Shown here: in pieces, positions 23,895-36,721 of the stretch
How positions within the stretch are numbered: position 1 is the first letter of the stretch
How the letters are laid out: each line of letters begins with the position of its first letter
From: Squalus acanthias
Lineage: Eukaryota
DNA: 64,000 nucleotides
Assembly: GCA_030390025.1 (NCBI GenBank)
Contig: CM059449.1
Span: 19,902,001-19,966,000, forward strand
Reading direction: 5' to 3'
Program-made: the position numbers and the translations under genes
Notes under the pieces: model-generated
What the model was told of the DNA's origin: nothing
The model's input: the letters and a program-made list of their open reading frames with translations, nothing else
The model's database searches: none

Positions 23895-25200
23895 AGCATT
23901 GAAAGTACAAATTTGCGGATGACACCAAATTGGGGGGGGGTGTAGTTCACAGAATCCCCACAGTACAGATAGAGGCCATTTCGGCCCATCGAGCCTGCAC
24001 CGACACATATCCCACCCTATCCCCGTAACCCCACGTATTTAATCCCCCCCCCCTAACACTAAGGGTCAATTTATCATAGCCAAATCAACCTAACCCGCAC
24101 ATCTTTGGACTGTTAATACTGAGGACTACAGCAAAATACAGGAAGACATTAATAAACTTGCAGAATGGGCATGTAATTGGCAAATGAACTTCAATATACA
24201 CACCCAAGTCACACATCGTCCTGACTTAGAAGTATATCGCCGATCCTTCATCGTCGCTGGGTCAAAATCCTGGGACTCGCTCCCTAATAGCACTGTGGGA
24301 GCACCTTCACCACACGGACTGCAGCGGTTCAAGAAGGCGGCTCACCGCCACCTTCTCGAGGGCAATTAAGGATGGGCAATAAATGCTGGCTTTGCCAGCA
24401 ACGCCCACATCCCATAAAAACGAATTAAAAAAAAAAAGTGAGGTGTTATAGTTTAGTCGGAAGAATAAGGAGGCCACATATTACTTGGAAAAAAGTATCC
24501 AAATTGGGTAGTTGAGCAGAGGGATCTGGGGGTACAGATACACATCACTAAAAGTAACGACGAAGATTAATAAGGCCATTTAAAAAAAAAAAGCAAATAA
24601 AGCACTGGGGTTCATTTCTAGAGGGATAGAATTGAAAAGCAGAGAAGTTGTGTTAAATTTGTATAGAATCTTGGTTAGACCACACTTGGAGTACTGTGAA
24701 CAGTTCTGGCCTCCACATTATAAAAATGATACAGGCACTGGAGAAGGTGCAAAAAAGATTTACTAGAATTAAACGAGAACTGAGAGGTTCTACCTATCAG
24801 GAAAGATTGAACAGGCTGGGGCTCTTTTCTCTAGAAAAGAAAAGACTGAGGGGTGACCTCTAAGATTATGAAAGGGTTTGATAGGGTATACGTAGATAAG
24901 ATATTTCCACTTGCGGGGGAGACCAGAACTAGGAGCCATAAATATAAGATAGTCACTAATAAATCCAGTAGGGAATTCAGGAGAAACTTATTTACCAGAG
25001 AGTGGTTAGAATGTGGAACTTGCTACAAGGAGTAGTTGAGGCAACTACAATACATGCATTTAAGAGGAAACTATATAAACACATGAGGGAAAAAGGAATA
25101 GTAGGATATGTTGATGGGGTCAGATGAAGAATTGATGGGAAGAGGCTCGGATGGAGCATGGACCAGTTGGGCCAAATGGCCTGTTTCTGTGCTGCAAATA
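23895..25200 (+). mobile_element. Old CR1 3' half, interrupted by an HE1 SINE piece (23948-24112, -) and a family-B LINE tail (24198-24437, +)
   Basis: KFADDTKLGG resumes after each insert; ends in the CR1 stem-loop. Confidence 0.85.
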
Positions 25201-25359
25201 TTATCTAGGACTATGTGGGCTCAGTAATGCCAACTCTCGTGAATTAATCATGAGACATGCGATTTTTAATTTAAAAAAATTGCACCAACTCACAATCTCG
25301 CGAGTCAGCTGTAAAAGGTCATGTAAAAGATCAAAATAACTTTCCTGTTATTGCCCAGT

Positions 25360-25447
25360 CAAGTCCACTCGAAAGAAAGCCTGAGGTACGCCCATGAGGT
25401 AATCGAGGTTCGGGATGATGTTTTCATTGTCGCTTATCCCAAATCAC
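25360..25447 (+). pseudogene. Cytosolic sulfotransferase (SULT) first coding exon remnant
   Basis: QVHSKESLRYAHEVIEVRDDVFIVAYPKS followed by GT; matches the R-DDxxIxTYPKSG 5'-PSB loop, with the Gly codon altered. Confidence 0.8.
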
Positions 25448-25740
25448 GTGGATCTGGGGTCGGGAGCGGGAGCGCTCAGGGCAGGGGTGAAACGGGCTAC
25501 TTCCAGCTAACTCTCAGCAATCTGCCAACGTGCTACTCACTTCTAAGTAGACTGAAATGGTATTATTTTCAATAAGCAATTGTTAACGGCATAAATGTGC
25601 TCCTTTTTTTCTGTTTATGCGTTTCGGTACAATCGCGAATTCTGAAGTGCAAACTCGAAGTAAAACCCTTTTGCAGTTGCGTTGCTGGCAAATCCTTATA
25701 ACCCTATAAAGTATTGCGGCTACGTGTGTGTGCGCGCGTG

Positions 25741-26608
25741 AGAACACAGAGTCTGCAAAGGGATATAGATAGACTAAGTGAGTGGGCAGTAAGGTGGCAG
25801 ATGGAGTATAATGTAGGGAAATGTGAGGTTATTCACTTTTTGGTAGGAAGAATAGAAAAACAGAATATTTTTTAAATGGTGAGAAACTTTCAAATGTTGG
25901 TGTTGAGAGAGATTTGGGTGTCCTCGTGCAAGAAACACAGAATGCTAGCATGCAGGTACAGCAAGCAATAAGGAAGGCAAATGGCATGTTGGCCTTTATG
26001 GCAAGGGGGTTGGAGTATAAGAGTAAGGAAGTCTTGCTACAATTGTACAGGGCCTTGGTGAGACCACACCTGAAGTACTGTGCACAGTTTTGGTCTCCTT
26101 ATCTAAGGAAGGATATACTTGCCTTGGAGGCGGTGCAACGAAGGTTCACTAGATTGATTCCTGGGATGAGAGGGCTGTCCTATGATGAGTAGAATGGGCC
26201 TATACTCTCTGGAGTTTAGAAGAATGAGAGGTGATCTCATTGAAACATACAAGATTCTGAAGGGGATTGACAAGGTAGATGCTGAGAGGTTGTTTCACCT
26301 GGCTGGAGAGTCTAGAACTAGGCGGCATAGTCTCAGGATAAGGGGTTGGCCATTTAAGACTGACATGAGGAGGAATTTCTTCACTCAGAGGGTTGTGAAT
26401 CTTTGGAATTCTCTGCCCCAGAGGGCTGTGAATGCTGAGTCTTTGAGTATATTCAAGGCTGAGATAGATAGATTTTTGGACTCTAGGGGAATCAAGGGAT
26501 ATGGGGATCGGGCGGGAAAGTGGAGTTGAGGTCGATGATCAGCCATGATCTTATTGAACAGGCTCAAGGGGCCGTATGGCCTACTCCTGCTCTTATTTCT
26601 TATGTTCT
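25741..26608 (+). mobile_element. CR1 3' fragment
   Basis: RT C-terminus and tail; same subfamily as 46022-49631. Confidence 0.93.
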
Positions 26609-26965
26609 TAAAAGGGGAAGGAAAGTACACATTACGCGGATTATCTCTGCTTTCCTTGTGTTTGAATAGACCTGTACGAGTATCTCTGGTCTGGCACCAA
26701 GTGCAGCCTGATTATTAATTATACTACAACTGAGGCTTGAGTATTGCCATAGATTTTTCTTTTGGGTTACTTCAACTTTTGTCGTTTCCCCTTTCCCTTG
26801 AAGACCTTGCGCTCCTGTGAGGAAATGGCTGCCCTTTGCTTGACTCACTTCATTGCATAGTTGAGATCAGAAACTGGAAACGGGAACCTACATCCTACAG
26901 TTTAATCAAATGTTGAAAGCCTGCCCTGTTTTCACTTGAAATAATATGCCATATACTCATGGTAC

Positions 26966-27041
26966 ATTTACCCCAAATCAGGTGGGTCTAGGGCCGCATG
27001 GGAGGGTGAAACGGGCCACCTCCAGCTAACTCTCAGCAATC
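26966..27041 (+). pseudogene. Second SULT exon-end remnant (IYPKSG|GTGGGT) with paralogous intron start
   Basis: TAC CCC AAA TCA G|GT; 27004-27041 matches 25485-25522 at 36 of 38 positions. Confidence 0.65.
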
Positions 27042-27851
27042 CTTACCTGTAATTAAAATAATGCATGGGGCGTTTCATGAAAACCTATGGGAGGAATTTT
27101 AGAATGATGCCTTTTACGTGACAATAGTAACTATAATATCTTCCCATTACAGCACCCAGCTATGTTTTGAATGACTCCAGTTTCCTGCCCTTATACACGA
27201 TTCCTGGCAACTTTCTGCAGCTGCTGCTCACCCTCTGTAATGTGGTAGTTTGTGTTTTTCGTCAATTCCAATCAGACTAAATATTTTTGGTCGTTTATGG
27301 GAATGGATTCTTCTCTCCCCCCCCCCACCCCCGACCACTTCCTGTAAACGGTCAAATGGCACAAACTGAATCAGACTCTGGTGATACGACCACATCTAAA
27401 GGAATTTGTTTATATGCAAATCTGGACAGTGAGTAACGGCAGGGCTCAGAGACATCGTAAAGAGATCACCGAATAAATGAAGTAGGCCCTTCAGCCAATT
27501 TGATTATGTCCTGCCAGAACATCAACCCTACAGTCTTCCCATTGAAAAATCGCGACCTTGTGAACTCTGTGCAGTCACGGTGAAGTCAAGGACAGTACAA
27601 GAAATGCAAATGAGCTTTCCTGTTTTAACTGGCTCCTCTCCCCCGTCACCGAGTAGAATCTAAGCATTCAACAGCCACCCAGCTCCCTCCTCCAACCTCT
27701 GGCATTGGACAGGAAACTGAGACAGGAAACACACCCAAGACAGGAAACTCACACGAGACCTCACTCCCCTCCCTGACTATTGCAAGTTCCACTCCTCTAA
27801 TTAGCAGCAATCCTCTCACTAGACAGCAAGGGAAAGAAAGAGACAACAGCA

Positions 27852-28065
27852 GGGTAGATTTTCGAATTGCCACACAGGCATAAATCTGGTGTTGTGGATC
27901 AGCAACCGCTTGGGGGTAAATTTGTCTCTGGGCGATAGTGCAAAACGGGTGACAGTGAATCGGCAGCACGTTCTACATCTCTCCCGATATTTATTTCCAT
28001 TGACTTCAGGTGGCCGTTCCACAATACCGGTCTTCCACCCGAGCGGAAAGTTGAAAATGTACCCC
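27852..28065. mobile_element. MITE
   Basis: Imperfect TIRs GGGTAGATTTTC / GAAAATGTACCC. Confidence 0.55.
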
Positions 28066-28425
28066 AGCTATGAGGGTGGGGCTATCCAAGCATTCAAAGC
28101 GGCAGCAAAATTCCTCTGTTAAATTCAATAGGCCCACACTCGCAAATCTCACACCCAGGCAGACAGATTGTAAAGGGGGAGGGGAAGAATAGGTAAATTT
28201 GCTGGGCTATGGGGTAAGAGCAGGGGAGTGGGACTAATTGGCTAGCGCTATCAAACAGCTGGCACAGGCATGATGGGCTGAATGGCCTCCTTCTGTGCTG
28301 TAAGATTCTGAGTAAAATGAGGCATTAAGAGGATAAGAGAGAGAATACTATGATTCTATGAATACACTTATGCCATTTGTTCGTCCATTGTGGACCACAG
28401 TCTCCTGCTCTAACCTGTGTTGGGA

Positions 28426-28880
28426 GTGTCAGCCGTGGTAGCACTCTTGTCTCTATGTCAGAAGGTGGTGGGTTCAAGCCCCACTCCAGAGACTTGAGCA
28501 GAATCATCCAGGCTGACACTCCAGTGCAGTGCTGAGGGAGCGCTGCACTGTCGGAGGTGCCGTCTTTCGGATGAGACGTTAAACCGAGGCCCCGTCTGCT
28601 CTCCCAGGTGGATGTAAAAGATCCCACGGCACTATTTCGAAGAAGAGCAGGGGAGTTCTCCCCGGTGTCCTGGGCCAATATTTATCCCTCAACCAACATC
28701 ACTAAAACAGATTATTTGGTCGTCATCTCGTTGCTGTTAGTGGGAGCTTGCTGTGCGCAAATTGGCTGCCGCGTTTCCTACATAACTGACTACACTTCAA
28801 AAAAATATTTCATTGGCTGTAAAGCGCTTTGAGACGTCCTGAGGTTGTGAAAGGCACCAAATAAATGCAAGTCTTTCTTT
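28426..28880 (+). mobile_element. Deu-domain tRNA SINE, near full length
   Basis: Head, Deu domain and tail as in the other copies. Confidence 0.9.
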
Positions 28881-28931
28881 ATTTTTCTGTTTATGTTTTT
28901 GCTGCGAGTTGATGCCTCAGGCACAAGGATC

Positions 28932-29024
28932 ATGAGGGAAACTTCCACACTGAGCATTTCTCTGACTTTAAAAGCTCTGGCTTCTGATTGTTGCTATATT
29001 AGTGTTTGTGCAGCTCTATGAGAT
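28932..29024 (+). other. Candidate damaged signal-peptide exon of the SLAM-like gene
   Basis: ATG 28932 gives MRETSTLSISLTL; a 1-nt shift in the AAAA run (28970-28973) gives KLWLLIVAILVFVQLY. Lies about 280 bp before the IgV exon; no phase-1 GT donor found. Confidence 0.45.
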
Positions 29025-29303
29025 GTGATTCCCAATCAGGGTGGGGAACAGACTTCACAGGGATGTTTATTAAAGAGCCGGAGGTTCTTCTTCCTATGCG
29101 GTGGTCCTGGGGAGACGTAATGTCTGAGGGATCTTGTTAAAAGGCATCTGCTTCCCACAAAAATGAGCTTCAGTGCTGGAGAACATGTTTTGAAATGTTC
29201 GGCATCGGTTAAAAAGCTCAACAGATGTCAGACTGTAAAAGCGCAGACACCAACACATCAGACTAAAGGCACTAACGGGCTTGCCCTTCTGTTTCTGTTC
29301 CAG

Positions 29304-29639
29304 GTCTGGGAGAGGCTGTTCGTAATCCACTCCCTCGACGCCTGGTGAATGGGACTCTGGGACAGTCAGTTACTTTACCAGTAAATATACCAGGAACAGA
29401 ACTTGAGATAATTGTTTGGGACTTCAGAAACTTCACTGGGAAAAAGATTCAAGTATGTGGAAAAGTCCTAAACAAACCAGCAAAATGTAACAATGAGCTG
29501 GGAGAGAGGTTCAGGTTAAACCTCACCGACTACAGCCTGGAAATACAGAGCCTGATAAAAAGTGACCAAGGTCTGTATGAGGTTAATGCAAGAACAGAAC
29601 AAGATGTGCACGAAGAAGTGGTGGAACTGCGAGTTTACG
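29304..29639 (+). CDS. CD2/SLAM-family receptor, IgV exon
   Basis: tttctgttccag| and |gtaatc, phase 1/1; VNGTLGQSVTLP..IVW..RFRLNLTDYSLEIQSLIKSDQGLYEV..LRVY; lacks the B/F cysteines, as typical of CD2/SLAM V domains. Confidence 0.92.
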
Positions 29640-29705
29640 GTAATCTCACTTTAATTAAAGAAGAGCATTTTCTGATCTAACAATCTTTATGTAGTTAAAG
29701 ATGAC

Positions 29706-29913
29706 GGGAGATCTTCCTGGGTCTGTGCCCAAGGTCATGTCGGCGCGGTGAGTACTGGAAAATCAAACGGATTGGCACGCTTGCCTGTCGAACCTGCCAT
29801 ATTTTCCTCTATTTAAATTAATGGAGAAAAATTGGGCTGGCTCCTCTATGGGAGTGCGCTCCAACCCACCCGATTTTCTGTTGTGTGTTTGGGTCAGACC
29901 TAGGAAAATCTTC
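29706..29913. mobile_element. MITE
   Basis: TIRs GAGATCTTCCTGGGTCTG / CAGACCTAGGAAAATCTTC. Confidence 0.6.
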
Positions 29914-30727
29914 CTCGCTATTGAGTTTTGTTGTATATACAAAGTGCAACCACCTGGAAAATTAGTTCGAAGCAAATTTTACCGTAAATATCGTGGAAGG
30001 ACGGCACTCAGTTTTATCATTATCTTCTGTTCATATGAAGGGCAACAGAAAACCTGAGGGCAGGGGGACCTCGACCAGTTGTACCATCACTTCATGCATC
30101 AGGGGGCCGAATTTCCTGAAGGCCCACTTCGCTGCCAGAGGTGCGTCGGGGTGACTTTCCTGGCAGCGATTCCGTCCCAAATCTGGGGAACGGGCTCATT
30201 GGCATAAAAGAGGTAGCTGCTCATGCCATTTACAGCACTGTGTGGGCGTTGGACCTGCAAGAGGCCAGGAATACGAGAGCAGCATCCAGCTGCTCTTGCA
30301 GGGGGTGCTGCAGATGGAGATCACTTTTTTTTTTCCAAGGCCTTGGAATCACAGAATGATACAGAACAGGAGGCGGCCATTCGGCCCATCATGCCTGTGC
30401 CGGACTACTGCTGGAAATGCTCCACTGACCCACGTTTCCCAGTTCGGTCTCCAAACTCATCCAGGCATGATATACTTTTGCCCCAGTAAAGGAAGAACTG
30501 GCAGGATTCCTGGTGGGAGCATGTCATCCAACCAACCCTGTCTATTTCGATTATGTCTCAATGGATGTGGCCGGCTGCTTCTTGCATCGGAATTTCCCAA
30601 CTTTAAAAAAAAAGTTGCAGAACTGACAAGATCATTTCCTCAACCCCAGATTCAAATTAATTTTTAAAATTCATTCTTGGGATATGGGCGTCGCTAGCAA
30701 GGCCAGCATTTATTGCCCATCCGTAGT

Positions 30728-31228
30728 TAAGAACATAAATAGGAGCAGGAGTAGACCATTTGGCCCTTCGAGCCTGCTCCGCCATTCAATAAGATCATGG
30801 CTGATCTTCAACCTCATCTCTACTTTCCTGCACTATCCCCATATCCCTTGATTCCCTTAATATTCAAAAATCTATCAATCTTTATCTTGAATATACTCAA
30901 CGACTGAGCCTCCACAGCCCTCTGGGGTAGAGAATTCCAAAGATTCACCACCCTCTGAGTGAAGAAATTCCTCCTCGTCTCAGTCCTAAATGGCCGACCC
31001 CTTATTCTGAGACTGTGACCCCCGGTTCTAGACTCCCCAGCCAGGGGAAAACATCCTCCCTGCATCTACTCTGTCAAGCCCTGTAAGAATTTTATTTCTT
31101 TCAATGAGATCACCTCTCATTCTTCTAAACTCTAGAGAATATAGGCCTCGTCTACTCAATCTCTCCTCATAGGACAATCCCCCCTATCCCAGGAACCAGT
31201 CTGGTGAACCTTTGTTGCACTCCCTCTA
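30728..31228 (-). mobile_element. CR1 3' fragment inserted into a family-B LINE tail (30660-30727, 31229-31345)
   Basis: RT C-terminus and tail; host tail resumes at TAGTTGCCCTTGAGAAGG. Confidence 0.88.
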
Positions 31229-31764
31229 TAGTTGCCCTTGAGAAGGTGGTGGTGAGCCGCCTTCTCGTACCATAGCAGTCCTTGTGGTGATGGTACTCCA
31301 CACTGCTGTGAGGCTGGGAGTTCCAGGATTTTGACCCAGCATTGTAGAAGGTCTCAAAGCAGGTGGGTTGTTGCTGCAATCTGTGGGCTCCTCCATTTGT
31401 CCGAAGTAGCAGCTCCCAGCTTCCCATTGCAAGGCTCACTGGCTACTGAGGGAGTCAGCAGCATCCAGCTTCTGTTGCTTACTATTCACAAGGAGTATTC
31501 CGTGTTGTGAAGCATATGAAAATGAAGGACAGGGGAAAAGAAAAACAGCCGGTCTATTGAGCCTGTCCTATATTGTTATTGAGAGGCATAAGAAACTTGG
31601 GGCAACTTAGGAAAGAAACTCTAGGAAATTCTTCTCTGATTCACAAAGGCGATCAAACAAGTTCCAGGTCACCATGGTGACTGGGAAACACCTCCCCCGA
31701 TACCCACCTAGCTTCTATATGTTGTTATATTATGATCTTTATTCATGCTTTTCTTTTTAAACAG

Positions 31765-32061
31765 AACGTGTGTCAAGTCCAACAATACAGATCAGCAACG
31801 TCTCCTCTGATGGGATCTGCAATGTTACCCTGAGCTGTTCAGTGGAGAGCGGCGATGACCTGATTTACAGCTGGTGGAGAGGAGGAGGGGAGGTCACAGC
31901 TGACGGGTCACACAGTGTGACTGACAGTGGGAGGAGACTGGCAGTGTCCTTAAGCTTACACGATACCAGCACAGTGTACAACTGCACAGTGAGAAACCCT
32001 GTTAGCGAGAAGACTGGGAGCGTGGACCTCGCAGGCCCCTGTAACATCACAGTAGCAGGAG
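31765..32061 (+). CDS. CD2/SLAM-family receptor, IgC2 exon
   Basis: tttttaaacag| and |gtttgt, phase 1/1; splice gives VY-E-RVSSPTI; CNVTLSC..YSW..YNCTVRNPVS..PC, the four-Cys SLAM C2 pattern. Confidence 0.93.
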
Positions 32062-32961
32062 GTTTGTGCTATATCTTTTTACCCCCGTTTCCAGAAATAG
32101 TAAATGTTATTTTTTCCCCTGTTTTCTCCCCTTCTATCCTGATAGCACTGACTCTTGGGGGTGCTGACCTAGAATTCAAATTTTCAGGTCTCAGATGGAC
32201 TGGTGCTTGCAGAGAGGTTTTGTAGGAATCTGCAGTCTAAGTGTAAATCTTCAATGTTTACTTTGCTGCCTCTCTCCATTTTGCCCCATCTGTTGGTCAG
32301 TCAGAGCTAGGCTATCGATGACTGTAATTGGCCCATTATCATTTACGTGTGCTTAAGCCTTCAGATTTGCAGTTTTATTGTGTTTTTCCTGAATTTGGGC
32401 CAAAATATCACATGAAATTAGTTGCAAGCAAGTAAAGGTTAAAAATAAAACAGAGATTCAGAATCAGAAAACTTCGGGTTTAATCTGAAAAATCACATCC
32501 AGTCAAAAATAAAAAGCAGAGAACGCGGGATCGTCCGAATCATCGAGCAGGAATCGATCGAAAAGAGAAGAGATGTGCTGTGTGCCATCGGCTATTGTAC
32601 ACATTGATGGCCAGGCTTGTGTTTAGGATTAATCTGGTGGAACAAGGATTTTGGAATTCATCAGTAGGGCGAAGGGGTCATTATCAGGTTGAACACTAAA
32701 ATCAGAGGCCAATGTGTGCTTGTTGTATTGAGATTTTCACAACTAGGCCTGGACCACAATGCTTTCTTCAGCCACTCTTATTCCCAAAGGCTAGATCTCA
32801 GAACACCTCATGGGCACAGGATCTTGTATTTGTTCTCTTAAACTTGCATTTCCTCCGTATTTTTTTAATTATAATTTTTTTTAAAGTTATGTTCATTTCG
32901 CATTCCTCTGTGTTAATACATGAATAGAGTCTTCACAGTGCAAATGTCTTTCTCTTCTCAG

Positions 32962-33094
32962 GTGACGAGGAACAAAGCAACCCAGCACACCACAGCGGCC
33001 TAATTGCTGGGATTACTATAGTTATTTTCATCCTGATTGTGATTTTCATAGTCTGGCTGTGGAAAAAGAAAAAGTCCAAGCCCAGTGAAGGCAG
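32962..33094 (+). CDS. CD2/SLAM-family receptor, transmembrane exon
   Basis: tctcttctcag| phase 1; GLIAGITIVIFILIVIFIVWLW followed by KKKK stop-transfer; donor AG|GTACTC (phase 2) or a GC donor at 33091 (phase 1). Confidence 0.9.
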
Positions 33095-34399
33095 GTACTC
33101 TTGATTGTTCACCTTCTTGGGTCATACGGTTTAATCCCAGTGGCCAATGATTGCTAACCATAATTGGATTTCAGTTTTTAGCTCCTATCTGATCCTTGTT
33201 GACTGTTGGTAAAGCACTAGTGGAGTGAGACTATACAACCTCCTGAGCAGGATTTGAACACAGGTCCCAGAAGTGAACAGACAGTGTCTTAACACACTTT
33301 GGTACTTGTTCCATGTGGACTGGATTTGAAACCAAATCCCAGAGGTGAAAGGACAGAGTCTAATGCACTGTGACACCTTATCCTACACAAGCTGGATTTG
33401 AGGTGAAAGGACACTTGGCTGACAGTGTTGTATTGCAGAAAGCAAATGGCTGTTGGTTCAAAGAGAAGTGTGATTCAACGATCTTAAAAGGTTTAATAGG
33501 TGCTATTCAACCTGTGCACTGATTGTATAGAAGGAAAGGATTTTAAAACTCTTAAACTGGAACCATTCGCCTAACAGTGGATTCCATTTAAAGCATGCAA
33601 CTCATTGTAGTAGTGGTGACATGTCAACTGATTGTCATGACTGATTTCACCTCCTTACCTATAGTATGTGGGTTTCCTATCAACTGCAAAGATTAGAAAC
33701 ACATTATCTGTGAGGCACTAACTCACACTACATATAAAATATCACAACAACAACTGAGCCATTTCTTGGATGCTGTGGAATGAGACCCCCCCCCCCCCCC
33801 CCCCCCGGCTTCCTGCATGTAGAAACAACCAGTGTCCTATAAGCTAGCACCTTCGCATATCTGCAGTATATAGAATCCGCAGAGCGGAGTGGCTGATGGT
33901 GAGCTGATGGTATACTGACTAGATACCCAAAGTGAGATCTTGAAGGAGTGCGAGCGGGGAGGAGAGGGCAGGGAAGCGCTGCATCCAGTGTTAGATCTGT
34001 CAGTGTGTCCTCGTGAACAATTAATATTTCAATTGGAAAGGAACCAAAATGTCCAAACACCACTTAAAGGTTGGTGCAGTATTGCTGTTTGCCATTATAT
34101 GTTACCAGCATCTTTAGTGAACACTATATCACAGCTGAATTACACAGCGAGCTGGACAACCAAGGGCAACATAACTGGGCAAGATCTGCCACCACCTTTG
34201 TCACACTGCTGGACACGATAAAATAAAAACTTGTTTGATAGGGATACCCTCTCTTACCTCTAGGTCCAATCCCTCCATTCTTTCTATTTGAACCATGCTA
34301 TTACAGCCAGTGCTTTCTTGTTCTCTAACTCTCCAAATATGCTGTCCTACCTACTTTTGCTCCTCCCTCTATCCCTATGCTCTTCCAGTATAATGATTA

Positions 34400-35660
34400 T
34401 ACTTTGAATGGGAGAAGGTTGGCTGATGTGGAAGAGCAGAGGGTTTCTTTTTTTTTTGGGGGGGGGGGGGTTTATGTTCATAAAACATTAAAAGCAGCAT
34501 CTCAAAGTAGATTAGGCCACAAGGAAAGCTAATGGAATAATGGGCTTTATGGCAAGAGGTAATGGAATATAAAAGTCGAGATGCAATGGTGAATCTATAT
34601 AAAGCATTAGTAAGACCAGTTAAAGTGCTGTGTCCAGCTTTAGTTCCGCAGAAGGGAAGGATGTTGAGGCAATTAAGTACAGCGCAGATTCACTATGATG
34701 CTGTCTGATATGAGGAAATACAGAAACAAAAGACTTGAAAAATTGGGGCTATTTTCCTTAGAGCAGAGGAGATTAAGGGGCGATTTAGAAGTGTTTAAAA
34801 TTATGAAGGGATGGTATAGTAAGTAGAAGCAGACTGTTTCCAGTGATAGAAGGGGATATAAAATACAAGATTAAAAGTAAGATACTTAGGACAGAGAGCA
34901 GGAGAAACGTTGTTGCACAGAGGGTTGTGAGGCTGCGAATTGCAGTTCCAGAGTTAGTGACTGAAGCAGAGACCATGGGGGCGAATTTCATACATAGAAT
35001 TACATAGGATATACGGCACAGAAACAGGCCATTCTGCCCAACTAGCCCATGCCGGTGTTTATGCTCCACTCGAGCCTCCTCCCGTCTTTCCTCATCTAAA
35101 TCTATCAGCATAACCCTCTATTCCCTTTTCCCTCATATGTTTGTCAAGCCTCCCCTTAAATGCATCCATACTATTCGCTTCAACCACTCCCTGTGGTAGC
35201 GAGTTCCACATTCTCACCACTCTTTGGGTACAGAAGTTTCTTCTGAATTTCCCACTGGCTTGCTTGGTGACTGTCTTATATTGATGGCCTCTAGTTTTGC
35301 TCTTCCCCACAAGTGGAAACATTCTCTCTGTATCCACTCTATCAAAACCTTTCATAATTTTATAGACCTCCTTGGGGCTTCTCCTGCTCCCCCCCCCCCC
35401 CGCTGCAACTTTGGTGGGGGTTCAGCAGAAACCCCATCCACACGTGTAAATAGAGTCTCAGCCGTTCTTCCGCCAAAGTTACGGCGGCAGGAAACCCGAC
35501 GAAATTTAAGCCTCAAGTCAACTTTTAGGAATAGGATAGAGAGGTGATTGGTGGAAAGGGGATAAAGGGATACGGGAACAGGGCAAGCACGTGTGGAGGA
35601 TAAACACCAACACGGACTGGTTCGACTGAATGGCCTGTTTCGGCGCTGCAACTTCCGTGT
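34400..35660 (+). mobile_element. Old CR1 3' part containing a palindromic MITE (about 34977-35514), itself split by a minus-strand CR1 (about 34990-35365)
   Basis: Degenerate RT C-terminus; arms CGCTGCAACTTTGGTGG / CCGCCAAAGTTACGGCG; TERMFPLVG..TQRVV on the minus strand. Confidence 0.7.
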
Positions 35661-36721
35661 AACCAAAGGCTCAGTACATTGTCTCCAAGTCTTAAATCAT
35701 TCTTTTCCAGAACGTAAACAGCCCCTTTAGGTTGCTCTTCCTCCTACAATCGACAACCTTGGCACCACCAACAAAGTATTACTTTCCGATTCATCAAATC
35801 TTCTCTCCTATCCATTTCAACTTTGATGCAGTCCTGCACTGTGTACCTTGGCACTTTGCCTGGGTTTCTCAACAAAAATGCTACATTAACTCTTTCTCTA
35901 CTTTAGCACACTGAATTTAGTATTGCACTTGTGAAGTTTGTCTGAATGGACTGCTGATCTTAGAAAATTTTAGATCCAACTTTGGTTGCGGGCTTTTTTT
36001 TTTTGGAGTAGTTCGAGATGCACCACTGAGGCCAATCAATAGTTCCCTCCAAAAGAAATATCTGGGCGGCCAATGTCACGATGAGACTGTCATTCCTCCC
36101 AACTGGGGCAGCCAAGGGTGGTCACTACTTGAGTTGTATCAGTTCAAAAAAGTAATAATTTTATTCCACCCCGCGCTTTGCTTTACCTTGAATAACAGAG
36201 GACTCTCAAAATTTGTAATAGTGTTAGTTTTATCCAAGAGGACAGCTTAGGCCTCTCTCTGACTGATCGCCAATATCCAGTCACATAGAGCTATGTGACT
36301 AAATTCGAATAACTGGACACCACTCCCCTGATGACAGTCTATAAATGGGCCTGGTCAGTGAGGGGGAATATCAATCAGCCTTTGCGGGAGTTCCCGCTGG
36401 GGGAAGGATCAGACTCAGTTGAGATGTCCTCTGTGGTTGCGTCACCAGACAGCACTCGCATCTAGGCTTTCACACGGAGAAGGCTCACCTGGATGAGCTG
36501 TTGGTCGCAGGGTGCCTTTAACACAGGAAAGAGGGAAGGAAATTGGAGGGATTTTCTTTTCACAAAAAGAGCATCCAGACATGGTTCCAACGGCAATTGT
36601 TTTTATTTAAAGCTCCTAACACTGAGGGGACAAGTGAACCAGCAATGTACGCTGAGATCAGGAGACCGAGCAGTGCCAGGGACCAGGTTAGTACAAGCAG
36701 CAAAGCCATGTTGGAACTATT

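Noticed and set aside
36230-36560. Possible ancient LF-SINE-like relics (also about 50445-50820 and 13160-13430)
   Set aside because: Too diverged to assign or delimit by eye.
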